NCBI GenBank assembly: GCA_965204535.1
Contig: CBDBEV010000001.1
Location: 1,344,001 to 1,408,000 of the forward strand
Direction: 5' to 3'
From: a bacterium
GTDB lineage: Bacteria > UBA8248
Length of the DNA: 64,000 nt
Of this stretch, positions 40,702 to 50,512 are shown one piece after another. The notes under the pieces are model-generated. The model saw only the letters and a list, made by a program, of their open reading frames with translations. It had not been told where the DNA came from and searched no databases. Each line of letters opens with the position of its first letter. Position 1 is the stretch's first letter. The translations under genes and the position numbers were made by a program.

Positions 40702-41634
40702 GTGGAAGTTTTTGAGGGAGTAGACGCCTATGATCCTGAGGAATCTCCTTCGGTATTGAGCATCGGGAATTTTGACGGCGTTCATCTCGCTCATAGAGAG
40801 ATTTGCCGGTTCATCAGGGAAGAGGCCGCCCGGCGCGGCGGCCGGAGCGTCATACTGACGTTCGAGCCGCACCCGCTCTCCGTGGTCGCCCCCGAAAGAC
40901 GCCCCCCCCTGATGACGACCTTGGAAGAAAAGCTGGCCCGCCTGGAAGCCCGGAACGTCGACGCCGTGGTGGTCGAGAAATTCACGCCTTTCCTGGCGCA
41001 AACCGAAGCGGGGGATTTCGTGCGGCGCATTATCGGCGAGGGCCTCAAAGCCGCGTTGGTGGTGATCGGCTTCAATTTCCGGTTCGGAAAAGGACGCGCG
41101 GGAAACGTCGAACTGCTGCAGGAAGCGGGGGCCGACGCCGGGTTCGAAACGCACGTGCTGGAGCCTTATATGTTCGAGGGAAGGCGGGTCAGCAGCACGG
41201 AGATACGAAAGCTGTTGCTGGGCGGAGCGGTGGAGGAGGCCGCGCGCCTGCTGGGGCAGCACCATATGATAGAAGGACGGGTGGTCCGGGGCGACGGGCG
41301 GGGCCGCCAGATCGGCATACCGACCGCCAACGTGGACTATCCGCCCATCCTGATTCCCGAAAACGGGGTGTACGCCTGCCGGGTGCAGATAGACGGCAGG
41401 GAGGGCCCCCGGTATCCCGCCGTGACGAACATCGGCAATCGCCCCACGTTCGATAAGAAGGGAGTGACTCTCGAAACCCATCTGCTCGATTGGGAAGGGG
41501 ACCTTTACGAAAAATCCATTCGGGTGGAGTTCGTCTCCCGCCTGCGCGAGGAGAAGAAGTTTTCAGGACCCGATGAGCTCGTCCGGCAAATTCACGTCGA
41601 TATCGAAAACGGTCGGAAAAAATTGAGCGCCTAG
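40702..41634 (+). CDS. ribF: Bifunctional riboflavin kinase/FAD synthetase
   Basis: IGNFDGVHLAH, TFEPHP, SSTEIR, GRQIGIPTAN, NIGNRPT. Confidence 0.97.
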   Translation: MEVFEGVDAYDPEESPSVLSIGNFDGVHLAHREICRFIREEAARRGGRSVILTFEPHPLSVVAPERRPPLMTTLEEKLARLEARNVDAVVVEKFTPFLAQTEAGDFVRRIIGEGLKAALVVIGFNFRFGKGRAGNVELLQEAGADAGFETHVLEPYMFEGRRVSSTEIRKLLLGGAVEEAARLLGQHHMIEGRVVRGDGRGRQIGIPTANVDYPPILIPENGVYACRVQIDGREGPRYPAVTNIGNRPTFDKKGVTLETHLLDWEGDLYEKSIRVEFVSRLREEKKFSGPDELVRQIHVDIENGRKKLSA

Positions 41635-42257
41635 GCCAGAAGGGCCGCCACGCCGTCATAGATGAAGAAAAGCCCGAATCCGAGCATCACCCACGCGCAG
41701 CCCTGCTCGATTCTCATCCACCCGGTTTCACTGATCATGCGGCTCCCCTGGTTCGACGACCATGTGACGAAGACGGCCCACACCCCGTCCGCCAGCAGGT
41801 GAACGACGGTCATGCCCGCCAGACCGGTCAACCACCCGAATTCGATCGTCCGGGCGATGAGGCTGGCGCCGATCGTGAGCCACCATAAAATCCAGTAGGG
41901 ATTCAGAAGCGTGAGCAAGACGCCGCCGGTGAGAGAATTCCACTCCAGAACGCTTCTTTGCTCTGGCGCGGCGGGCCGGAAACTCCGGAACACGCCGCTT
42001 CCGAGGTAGATGAGGACGCCGCCGCCCAGCAGGGAAACGCCCTCTCGTATCCCCTGGATTTCAAAAAATGGCTGAAGCCCGGCGTAAAGGGCGATGATGA
42101 GCGGGACTTCGGCCAGAGCGTGGCCGAGCGTGACCCGGATTCCCGCCCAGGGGCTTTGCCTGCCGCGCGCGATGAGGAATGCGGTGAGAGGACCCGGCGA
42201 CATGACGCCGCTCAGCGAGATGACGGTGATGAATCCGTAGAATGCGAGCAGGTTCAT
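41631..42257 (-). CDS. LysE family translocator
   Basis: SGVMSPGPL, GHALAE, TLLNPYWILWW; hydrophobic, 208 aa. Confidence 0.88.
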   Translation of the reverse strand: MNLLAFYGFITVISLSGVMSPGPLTAFLIARGRQSPWAGIRVTLGHALAEVPLIIALYAGLQPFFEIQGIREGVSLLGGGVLIYLGSGVFRSFRPAAPEQRSVLEWNSLTGGVLLTLLNPYWILWWLTIGASLIARTIEFGWLTGLAGMTVVHLLADGVWAVFVTWSSNQGSRMISETGWMRIEQGCAWVMLGFGLFFIYDGVAALLA

Positions 42258-42499
42258 GCCTTCGGGTCTGTCTCATCGAGCAGGCGGCGCAATCGCTTGA
42301 TGTCCATATGATATTTGAAGACCTTCGTCTCGCCCAGGTAGCCGACGGGCACCTCCTCGCCGTAGAGGCGGATTAGCTCGGGATCCGTATCTACGTCGAT
42401 CTCTTCGATCGCAAGGTCCGGGAAGTGGCGCATCATCGCCGTTTTCGCCTCGTCGCACAGATGACACTCGTTTCGCGTATAGAGCGTAATTTTGCGCAT
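42254..42499 (-). CDS. Glutaredoxin-like protein (DUF836 type)
   Basis: LYTRNECHLCDEA (CxxC), IDVD, YGEEVPV. Confidence 0.88.
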   Translation of the reverse strand: MRKITLYTRNECHLCDEAKTAMMRHFPDLAIEEIDVDTDPELIRLYGEEVPVGYLGETKVFKYHMDIKRLRRLLDETDPKA

Positions 42500-42596
42500 A
42501 TCTTCCTACATCCTGGCCGGATTCGGATTCGAGGTTGTCCTGCCTTCCCCGAACTATACCAAATGACGAGATGGTTTGATTCATCGACTCGAATCC

Positions 42597-42625
42597 TTGA
42601 CAACGCATTCGCCCCCCGATATAGG
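42597..42625 (+). promoter_or_regulatory. Putative tRNA promoter
   Basis: TTGACA-17 nt-TATAGG just upstream of the tRNA. Confidence 0.55.
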
Positions 42626-42645
42626 GAATGACTACCAATCTTCTC

Positions 42646-42732
42646 GCCGGAGTGGCGGAACTGGTAGACGCGCTAGATTCAGGTTCTAGTGGGCTTCGGC
42701 CCGTGGAGGTTCAAGTCCTCTCTCCGGCACCA
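42646..42732 (+). tRNA. tRNA-Leu (anticodon CAG)
   Basis: GCCGGAG/CTCCGGC acceptor stem, anticodon arm CTAGA-TTCAGGT-TCTAG, long variable arm GGGCTTCGGCCC, GTTCAAGTC T-loop, encoded CCA. Confidence 0.97.
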
Positions 42733-42786
42733 ATAAAATCATAACGGTTCCTGCACAGGTTCGCGCTTTTCGATTCGGGAGACTAC

Positions 42787-44040
42787 ATGAAGATCGTCGA
42801 GGACAAGCTTTCCAACGGGGTTCGCGTGGTGACGGCGGAACGCGCGGAATCGGCGGCCGTGGCGTTCCATATCTATTTCGGCTGCGGCGGCCGGCACGAG
42901 CGCGACGAGGTGGTGGGCGTTTCCCATGCGCTGGAGCACATGGTCTTCAAGGGCACTCCCTCGAGAACGACGCTCGACATCGCGCGCGAGATGGAAGGCA
43001 ACGGCGCGTCCATCAACGCCAACACGGCGCCCGAGCGCACTTGTTATCACTTCACGGCGCCGGCCGATGCGTTCGCCACCGTGCTGGAAGTCTATGCGGA
43101 CGCGGTGAACAACTGCCTGCTGGATAAAGACGAGTGGGACCGGGAGCGCATGGTCATCCTGGAAGAGTTGAAGATGTATGAGGACATGCCTCGGGTATGG
43201 GTGTCGGACATGCTCGAGACCACCGTCTACAACCTGCAGATGGGCGTCATCGGGGACCGCGATACCATCAACGCGATAGAGCCCGAGCACATGCGCGAGC
43301 TGATAGAGAAATGGTACACCCCCGGCAATACGGTGGTCTCCGTGGCGGGCGGCGTGAAGCATGAAGAAGTGATGGCGCTCTCCGAGCAGCATTTCGGGGG
43401 TCGGGCCGGCAGCGAAGAGAAGCCGCTTTCCCCCGGCTTGCCCGAAGAGAGCAAGGCCAAAATCGTGGATCAGGCCCGCCAGACGGATCAGGTGAATCTC
43501 GCGATCGGGTTTCGCGCCTTTGGCCTCAATCACGAGGACGCCGCCCCGCTTCGGGTGATGTGCAACATCCTGGGCGGCAAGATGAGCAGCAGGTTATTCA
43601 CCGAAGTGCGCGAGAAGCGGGGGCTCGCCTACAGCGTGGGCGCAGCACCGCACCGTTACACCGATACCGGCATGGTGGAACTGAAGGCGGGCGTGGCTCT
43701 CGAGAAGGCGGTGGAGGCGACCGAGGTGATGCTCTCCGAAACGGGCAGGTTCAAGAGCGAACCCGTGACGAGAGAGGAACTGGCGGAAGCGAAGCGCTAC
43801 ATCAAGGGAAATCTCCAGATACACGAGAGTTCGCAATACCATGCGGGCCGAAACGGCTCGAACCTCATGCTCAAAGGCAAGGTGTATCCCGTGGAGGAAG
43901 AGTTGGCGGATATCGACTCCGTGAATGAGGAAGATATCCAGCGGGTGGCGGGCGGGGTCTTTCAGGAAGAGAGACTTACGGCCGCCGTGATCGCGGAGCG
44001 AGAACTCGGCTCCGAAATCGAGGCGGTCCTCAAAATCTAG
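42787..44040 (+). CDS. M16 family zinc metallopeptidase
   Basis: HALEH (HxxEH), INANT, SSRLFTEVREKRGLAYSV. Confidence 0.95.
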   Translation: MKIVEDKLSNGVRVVTAERAESAAVAFHIYFGCGGRHERDEVVGVSHALEHMVFKGTPSRTTLDIAREMEGNGASINANTAPERTCYHFTAPADAFATVLEVYADAVNNCLLDKDEWDRERMVILEELKMYEDMPRVWVSDMLETTVYNLQMGVIGDRDTINAIEPEHMRELIEKWYTPGNTVVSVAGGVKHEEVMALSEQHFGGRAGSEEKPLSPGLPEESKAKIVDQARQTDQVNLAIGFRAFGLNHEDAAPLRVMCNILGGKMSSRLFTEVREKRGLAYSVGAAPHRYTDTGMVELKAGVALEKAVEATEVMLSETGRFKSEPVTREELAEAKRYIKGNLQIHESSQYHAGRNGSNLMLKGKVYPVEEELADIDSVNEEDIQRVAGGVFQEERLTAAVIAERELGSEIEAVLKI

Positions 44041-44060
44041 CCATCAATCCCCGGAAAATG

Positions 44061-46631
44061 CTAGCGAGCCGCTTCTTCTACCGTTACCCGAGGGCTGCTG
44101 AGAAGTATTTCCGTTCGACGATTTTTGGCGCGGCCCTCTTCGGTGTCGTTTTTCGCCACCGGGCGGTAAAATGAGTAGCCGGTCGCCGACATGCGTTCAG
44201 GCGATATGTTTTTCGATTCCAGGAACTTGACGATGGCGATAGCGCGCGCGAACGATAGTTCCCAATTCGAAGGATAGCGTCTGAGCAGATTGCCTCTGAT
44301 GGGCCGATTATCCGTATGTCCTTCTACCTGTATTATTTTGTCTTTTTGTTTTCCGAGAAATTCCGCAATCTTAGAGAGCGCCTCGCTTCCCTTTTCCCTG
44401 ATCCTGGCGCTTCCCAGATCAAACAAAAGATTGTTCACGAAGGTCACGCGGAGCAAGTCTTCAGTTCTTCGCAGCGTGATGGATTGTTCCTGTAGCTTGC
44501 TGTCCATCTTCTTCAGGTCTGATTCCAGTTGCTTGGCCCGTTCGGCTTCTTCGCGTGCCCTTTTCTCCAGAACTTTAGAGCGTGCGATTGCCAGCGTGTG
44601 TTTTTTGATCGTTTCCGCCAGGCTCAGGTTTGTCTGATCCAGCTTGTTCCTGATGAGGTCGGCCACGGAGGTTTTCTCCGCGATGAGTTGGCTCATCTCT
44701 TGAACCTGCGCCCGGAGGAGTTCCCTGGCTTTTCCGAGACGGTTTGCCTCTTCGGCCCGCTTTCTTGCGAGTTCGGCGTTTCGGGTCTTTGCTTTTTCCG
44801 CCTCCGTGCGCGTCTTGCGTTCAGTATCGAGAGTTTTCCGGGTTTCTTCGAGCGCGAGTTCGAGGTTCTGGGTTTTGGTTCTTCCCTTTTCGATGGTGGC
44901 GTTTTTCTCCGAGATGAGTCGGCTCATCGCCTGAACCTGGGTATTGAGGATTTCCCTGGTTTTCTCGAGGCGCTTCATCTCCGCGGCCCGGTTTTGCGCG
45001 AGTTCGGTTTTTTGCGCGGTTGATTTCTCGGCCTTAGCCGGCGCCTTGCGCTGACTGGCGACGCTGCGTTTTTTCGCCCTTGCCTGCTCGTCCTTGATGA
45101 GTTGCCCCATCTTTCGGGCCTGGGTCTCGAGAATCTTTCTGACTTGTTCGAGGCGCTTTATCTCTGCGGCCCGTTTTTGGGCGAGTTCGGTGGTATCTTT
45201 ATTTGATTTCTCAACCTTCACCCTTATCTTGCGCTCGGTTTCGAGGGCCGCCTGGATTTGCTTGAGCGCGCGCTCGAGACTTTGGGTTTTTGATTTTTCC
45301 TGTTCGATGTCGGCGCTCTTCTTCGCGATGAGTTGACGCATGATTCCAACCTGGGTCTCGAGGCGCTCTCTGGCTTTTTCGAGACGCTTTATCTCCACGG
45401 CCCGTTCGCTGGCGAGTTTGATGTTCTGCTGACTTGCTTTTTCGGCCTTGGCGCGCATCTTGCGCTCGGCATCGAGGGCCGCCTGGATTTGCTTGAGCTC
45501 GAGTTCGAGTTTTTGAGTTTTTGCTTTTTCCTGCTCGATGTCCGCGCTTTTCATCGCGATGAGTTGGCGCATCCTGCGGACTTGCGTCTGGAGAAGCTCC
45601 CTGACTTTTTCGAGACGCTTCATCTCCCGGGCGCGGGTGCTGGCGAGTTGGACGTTTTGCCGATTTGATTTTTCCATCTCGACCCGCATCTTGCGCTCGT
45701 TCTCGAGCGTGGTCTGGATTTGCCTGAGCGTGCGCTCGAGTTTTTGGGCCTTCGCTTTTTCCTGTTCGATGTCGGCGCTTTTCTCCGCGACGAGCTTGCT
45801 CATCTTTTGAGCCTGTGCCTCGAGTCCTTTTATCTCCTCGGCCCGCGCCTTACGCTCGTTTTCGAGAGTTGCCTCGATTTGCTTGAGCGTACGCTCGATA
45901 TTTTGATTCTTCACCGCCCCTTTCTCGATGTCGGCGCTTTTCTCGGCGATGAGTCGGCTCATCTTTTCAGCCTGGGTCACCAGGCGCTTTACCTCTTCGG
46001 CCCGATTCCCGGCGAGTTGTATGTTTTGTTGATTCGCTTGTTCTGCGTCGGCGCGCATCCTGCGCTCGTTATCGAGGGAGCCATGGATGATGTCGAGCGT
46101 GACTTTGAGGCTTCGGATTTGGGCTTTTCGCTGCTTGATGTCGGCGTTTTTCTCGGTGATGAGCCGGCTCATCTCTTTCGCTTGGGTCTCAAGGCGTTCT
46201 ATGTCTCCCGCCCTCTTGGCGGCGAGCTCGAGATTTTGCTGGTTTGATTTTTCCGTCTCGGCGCGCGTCTTGCGCTCGCTTTCGAGGGCGGTCTGGTTTT
46301 CCTGGAGCGCGGACTCAAGGCCTTGGATTTTCGCTTGGCCTTGCTCGATAGCGGCGTTTTTCTCGGTGACGCGCCTGTCCAGCTCTTCCATTTGTGTCTT
46401 GGCGGAGGCGACCTCTTTTGCGAGCCGGGATCCCAGACTCTTCATCTTCTGGTCTATGTCTTTGAAGCCCTGGATGTCGCTCTTGAGCTTGGCGGAATTC
46501 TCTTTTTCTTTTGAGAGTTCAGCTTCTCTTTGCTGCAGCAGCTCTTTTGTCGATTGGGATTGCTGGGCGAAATATCCTGTCCCGCCGAGCAGAACGGCGA
46601 TAATCGCCCCTATGGAGATGCGAAGCCCCAC
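44061..46631 (-). CDS. Membrane-anchored long coiled-coil repeat protein with C-terminal OmpA/MotB peptidoglycan-binding domain
   Basis: N-terminal TM segment, about 700 aa of K/E/Q/R-rich repeats, C-terminal LFDLGSA...EGHTDN...NWELSFARA...GRAKNRR. Confidence 0.88.
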   Translation of the reverse strand: MGLRISIGAIIAVLLGGTGYFAQQSQSTKELLQQREAELSKEKENSAKLKSDIQGFKDIDQKMKSLGSRLAKEVASAKTQMEELDRRVTEKNAAIEQGQAKIQGLESALQENQTALESERKTRAETEKSNQQNLELAAKRAGDIERLETQAKEMSRLITEKNADIKQRKAQIRSLKVTLDIIHGSLDNERRMRADAEQANQQNIQLAGNRAEEVKRLVTQAEKMSRLIAEKSADIEKGAVKNQNIERTLKQIEATLENERKARAEEIKGLEAQAQKMSKLVAEKSADIEQEKAKAQKLERTLRQIQTTLENERKMRVEMEKSNRQNVQLASTRAREMKRLEKVRELLQTQVRRMRQLIAMKSADIEQEKAKTQKLELELKQIQAALDAERKMRAKAEKASQQNIKLASERAVEIKRLEKARERLETQVGIMRQLIAKKSADIEQEKSKTQSLERALKQIQAALETERKIRVKVEKSNKDTTELAQKRAAEIKRLEQVRKILETQARKMGQLIKDEQARAKKRSVASQRKAPAKAEKSTAQKTELAQNRAAEMKRLEKTREILNTQVQAMSRLISEKNATIEKGRTKTQNLELALEETRKTLDTERKTRTEAEKAKTRNAELARKRAEEANRLGKARELLRAQVQEMSQLIAEKTSVADLIRNKLDQTNLSLAETIKKHTLAIARSKVLEKRAREEAERAKQLESDLKKMDSKLQEQSITLRRTEDLLRVTFVNNLLFDLGSARIREKGSEALSKIAEFLGKQKDKIIQVEGHTDNRPIRGNLLRRYPSNWELSFARAIAIVKFLESKNISPERMSATGYSFYRPVAKNDTEEGRAKNRRTEILLSSPRVTVEEAAR

Positions 46632-46793
46632 GGTTATTCTCCTGCAAGGGCGATGGTAGGTGTTACGTCTTTCATAATTCTAATTATATCACTCATTGTC
46701 GGGAAATTGGAAGAGACAAACCATAGTTGCGGTGTTATGAAAGCGAAGCCGGGGCCGAAGCCCCGGCTTTGTGGATGGATAAGGTTGCCTTGC

Positions 46794-47504
46794 TCATTCG
46801 CGTGAAGCGCCCAGAAGCTGCGTGAGATAAATGAACATCATGATGAAATCGAGGTAGAGTTCGAGCGCCGCCATGATGGAGGCGCGCCTGCCCGTTTCGT
46901 TGTCCGTGTCCTGGGTGTAGGCGTATTCCTTCATCTTCTGGGTGTCATAGGCCGTCAGTCCCGCAAAGATGAGAACGCCCAGAACGCTGATGGCGAAATG
47001 AACGGCGGAACTGCCCACGAAGATGTTGACGACGCTGGCGAGGATGATGCCGATGAGCCCCACCATGCAGAAATTGCCCACGCCGGACAAGTCTTTTTTG
47101 GTCACGAAGGCGAAGAGGGTCAATCCGCCGAACGCGCCGCCGGTCACGAAAAACGCCTGGGCCACGGAAGTGAGCGTGTAGCGCAGGAGCAGGGTGGAGA
47201 CGGTGACGCCCAGCGTCGCGCTGTAGAGCAGGAACAGCACCGCGCCCGCCTGCCAGCCTTTGCTGCGCATCACCGGCCGGATGGAGAAAACCAGGGCGAG
47301 TTGAACGCCGATGACCAGAAATACCGAGATGGAGCTTCCAAAGATGAATTGGATGGCGGCGGGGCTGGATGCGACGTAGAACGCGCTGAAGCCCGTGACG
47401 AAGAGCCCCAGCGTCATCCAACCGTAGACGCGCTGCATGAACGCGGCGGCGTCTTGTGCGATGACGCGTTGCCCGGTCGAGCGAGTGAAGTCTTGAGAGC
47501 GCAT
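46794..47504 (-). CDS. Bax inhibitor-1/YccA family membrane protein
   Basis: FMQRVYGWM, TKKDLS, FAGLTAYDTQK, ALELYLDFI; RBS AGGAGG before ATG 47504. Confidence 0.93.
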   Translation of the reverse strand: MRSQDFTRSTGQRVIAQDAAAFMQRVYGWMTLGLFVTGFSAFYVASSPAAIQFIFGSSISVFLVIGVQLALVFSIRPVMRSKGWQAGAVLFLLYSATLGVTVSTLLLRYTLTSVAQAFFVTGGAFGGLTLFAFVTKKDLSGVGNFCMVGLIGIILASVVNIFVGSSAVHFAISVLGVLIFAGLTAYDTQKMKEYAYTQDTDNETGRRASIMAALELYLDFIMMFIYLTQLLGASRE

Positions 47505-47721
47505 TGAAGTGTTCCTCCTGGGTTGTCCAATCTTTTCGTATCTTAGGCGAAGCGGCCAGAGTTTATTCAAGCTTCCGTGAATTCATATCCCCTGAATTCA
47601 GGAATATCACCGTACACCCGCTAATATATCCCATTTGGTGAATGTTTCAAGACTTGAAATTGTGCTTTCTTGCTACGGCGCCGCATTCAGTCCTGAAGAA
47701 ACGTCCGTGCGGAAGCACTGT

Positions 47722-47750
47722 TTGACTTGGATTGTAAGGCCCCATACAAT
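47722..47750 (+). promoter_or_regulatory. marR promoter with overlapping palindromic operator
   Basis: TTGACT-17 nt-TACAAT; palindrome ATTGTA-N8-TACAAT (47731-47750). Confidence 0.68.
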
Positions 47751-47785
47751 TAGGCTCCATAGCATTTCATTTTCGGAGCAATTCC

Positions 47786-48328
47786 ATGTTCTATATGAAA
47801 GAACTGCCGAACGAGGAAGATTTCAGGCCACTCGTGCCGGAGTATTCCTCTCTGGATACTTCCTCGGTCATGTTGTTTTATCTTTTCCTGCAGGTCGGCA
47901 GTGATATGCTCACCGCCTTTGAAACGTATCTGGCCAATCACGGCGTATCGCAGGGTAGATTCATCGTTCTGTTGCTGCTGCTGCGTTCGCAAATGAGAAA
48001 CAACGGTTCGGGCTTAAGCCCCTCGGAGTTGGCCGGGCAAGCCGGCGTGACGCGCGCGACGATGACCGGCTTGATGAAGGGGCTTCAGCGCGACGGGCTT
48101 ATCGAGCGTTTCAGCCACGATGGCGACAGGAGGAAAGTCATCGTGCGCCTGACGCCCAAGGGAAAAGAGAGCCTGCACGCTATTTTCCCGGACTATTACT
48201 CCCGCATAGCGGACCTCATGAATGATCTGGAGGACGATGAAAGAGAGAAATTTTCCATGCTCCTCCATAAAGTGAAGAACAAAATGTATTCATCGAAACA
48301 GGCGCCGGCCGCCGGCGCTCGAGGATGA
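47786..48328 (+). CDS. MarR family transcriptional regulator
   Basis: SPSELA...VTRATMTGLMKGL..DGLIER...DRRKVIVRLTPKG. Confidence 0.94.
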   Translation: MFYMKELPNEEDFRPLVPEYSSLDTSSVMLFYLFLQVGSDMLTAFETYLANHGVSQGRFIVLLLLLRSQMRNNGSGLSPSELAGQAGVTRATMTGLMKGLQRDGLIERFSHDGDRRKVIVRLTPKGKESLHAIFPDYYSRIADLMNDLEDDEREKFSMLLHKVKNKMYSSKQAPAAGARG

Positions 48329-48361
48329 AGAAAACCTCTGTCGAGGAAGGAGAATAAGGCG

Positions 48362-49606
48362 ATGCCGAAACCCAAAGTGATTATCCAGCTGTATCCCATG
48401 CTGCCGACGGAAAACCGGGAGGAGCGCGAGCAGAAACGTCCCCTGGCCAGGGACAAGGACTTGTACCATCACGTGCTTCACGAATGGACGGACATCGTGA
48501 AGGCCGCCGATGAGATGGGTGTCTGGGGCATCAGCACCATCGAGCACCACCTGCATTCGGAGGGTTATGAGGTTGGGCCGAACCCGGGCGTTCTCAACGC
48601 TTGGTGGGCGAATCATGTCAAGAATGCGCGGGTGGGCGCGCTCGGTTACGTCATGGCGACTCAGGATCCGATTCGCGTGGCCGAGGAGACGGCCATCCTC
48701 GATCACATCACCAAGGGGAAGTTCTTCTGCGGCCTGGCGCGCGGATATCAGTCCAGATGGTCGAACGTCCTGGGGCAGTTCAGCGACACCCGGGCCACCG
48801 TCTCCGACGCCCTCGGCGGGGCCGACGACGTGAAGAACCGGGACATCTTCGAAGAGCGCGTCGAGATGCTCCTGAAATTCTGGCAGGAAGATTCGGTGGA
48901 AGTGAAGGGGAATTACTACGAGATTCCCTACCCGTATGAAGAGGGCATCGATTACCCGGCCTGGAAGAGCGCCCGGGACGCCGGCGCAATCGGCGAGATC
49001 GGCGACGACAATCGGGTGCGAAGGGTGAGCGTCGTGCCCAAACCCTATCAGGAGCCTTATCCGCCCGTGTTCCAGGCCGTGAGCGCGAGCCCCGATTCCA
49101 TCAAATTCGCCGCAAGAAACGGTTTCCGGCCCGTGTATTTCACCAAACTGGAAAAGATGGAAGAATTCTCCCACCTCTACGTGGAAGAAGCAGCCAAGGC
49201 GGGCCACAACTTCGCACATGGCGAGCGGCAGTGCGTCTGCCGTTGGATTCATGTGACGGACACCGAAGAAGAGTACGACGAGAAGCTCAAGAACTACGAT
49301 CAGGATATCTACCAGAACTTCTACGTGCCCTTCTTCCCGCAGTTCCCCGACGACACGGAGAGCATCGACTGGATCCAGAACATCAAGGAAAGCGGCATCT
49401 TCCTGGGTGGTCCGGTGGACAAGCTCAAGCAAGAATGGGAGGAAACGTACGAGAAAGTGCCTTCCGAGTTCATTACTCTCATCTGGCACTACGCGCAGTG
49501 CCCCAAGGAAGAGGTTATTTATGAGCTTGAGACGTTTATGACGAAAGTCTGGCCCGACCTCGAGTGTCCGGTGTCGAATGGCGTCACGGTCGGCGGCGTC
49601 GCCTGA
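48362..49606 (+). CDS. LLM-class (luciferase-like) flavin-dependent oxidoreductase
   Basis: EHHLH, DPIRVAEETAILDH, GLARGYQ, PKPYQEPYPP. Confidence 0.92.
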   Translation: MPKPKVIIQLYPMLPTENREEREQKRPLARDKDLYHHVLHEWTDIVKAADEMGVWGISTIEHHLHSEGYEVGPNPGVLNAWWANHVKNARVGALGYVMATQDPIRVAEETAILDHITKGKFFCGLARGYQSRWSNVLGQFSDTRATVSDALGGADDVKNRDIFEERVEMLLKFWQEDSVEVKGNYYEIPYPYEEGIDYPAWKSARDAGAIGEIGDDNRVRRVSVVPKPYQEPYPPVFQAVSASPDSIKFAARNGFRPVYFTKLEKMEEFSHLYVEEAAKAGHNFAHGERQCVCRWIHVTDTEEEYDEKLKNYDQDIYQNFYVPFFPQFPDDTESIDWIQNIKESGIFLGGPVDKLKQEWEETYEKVPSEFITLIWHYAQCPKEEVIYELETFMTKVWPDLECPVSNGVTVGGVA

Positions 49607-49621
49607 TTTTTGTTGACGATG

Positions 49622-49650
49622 AAGCCCCCGCATTCACGTGCGGGGGTTTT
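49622..49650 (+). terminator. Hairpin/terminator between the LLM and cyclase genes
   Basis: AAGCCCCCGCA-TTCACG-TGCGGGGGTTTT. Confidence 0.65.
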
Positions 49651-49675
49651 GCATAACGTTTTTGAGGAGACGAGC

Positions 49676-50389
49676 ATGTATGAAATCATCGATCTGAGCC
49701 AGGAGATCTACACCGGCGCGCCCAGGTTTCCCGGGCACCCGGCGACGGAAATCGAATACGTCGCCCGGCACGAAGACGCAGCCAATGCGCCGATCAAGCC
49801 GAAGGACATCACATACGCCGCCATGATGCTTCACATGTGCGATCACGGCCCGACGCATACCGATTCGGTCAGCCACATCGATGAGCGTGAAACGGCGCCC
49901 AATATCGATCAGGCGCCGCTCGAATGGTTCATCACACGGGCGATTGCGCTCGATTTCACGGGCAAGGTGGGGCCGATGGAAGAAATTTCCCTGCAATTGT
50001 TACAGGACGAGCTTTCGGCGGCGAACCTCGCACCCCCCAAAGACGGCACGTTCCTCTTCACGGGGGGGCATTTCAAGCGCACCTATCCGACGGATGATTA
50101 CCTCACAACGTACCCGGGTCTGGGTTACGACGCCGCGAATTTTCTGTATCGCGAATGCGGCGTGGTGAACATCGGCCAGGATGCGCCGAGCATCGATGCC
50201 GGCGTGAACACCACGGAGATGACGTTCCCCTGCCATGTGCTTTGCCGGGAACTTCAGCGCCACAACACGGAAAATCTCGCGAATGTGGAAGCGGTGGGGG
50301 GGAAGGAATTTCTCTATGTGGGGCTTCCGCTCAAGATTCGCGCGGGCACCGGCTCTCCCATACGGGCCGTCGCCGTCATGAACCTTTAA
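49676..50389 (+). CDS. Cyclase family metal-dependent hydrolase (kynurenine formamidase-like)
   Basis: IIDLSQ, DHGPTHTD metal motif, GQDAPSID, ENLANV, PLKIRAGTGSPIRAVA; RBS GAGGAG. Confidence 0.9.
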   Translation: MYEIIDLSQEIYTGAPRFPGHPATEIEYVARHEDAANAPIKPKDITYAAMMLHMCDHGPTHTDSVSHIDERETAPNIDQAPLEWFITRAIALDFTGKVGPMEEISLQLLQDELSAANLAPPKDGTFLFTGGHFKRTYPTDDYLTTYPGLGYDAANFLYRECGVVNIGQDAPSIDAGVNTTEMTFPCHVLCRELQRHNTENLANVEAVGGKEFLYVGLPLKIRAGTGSPIRAVAVMNL

Positions 50390-50512
50390 TAAAGCGGGGA
50401 AATCTTCGTCTTTGCCATGCGTTAGTCGGAGGCGGGCATTCCCCGAATCGCTTTGCCGCCGTCATGGTTTTTGAGCGAGAGGGTTTCTCGGTTTGTGAGG
50501 AGATTTCAAGAC

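Noticed and set aside
42646-42790. tRNA-Leu as an integration site
   Set aside because: No integrase nearby and no duplicated tRNA 3' end seen in the window.
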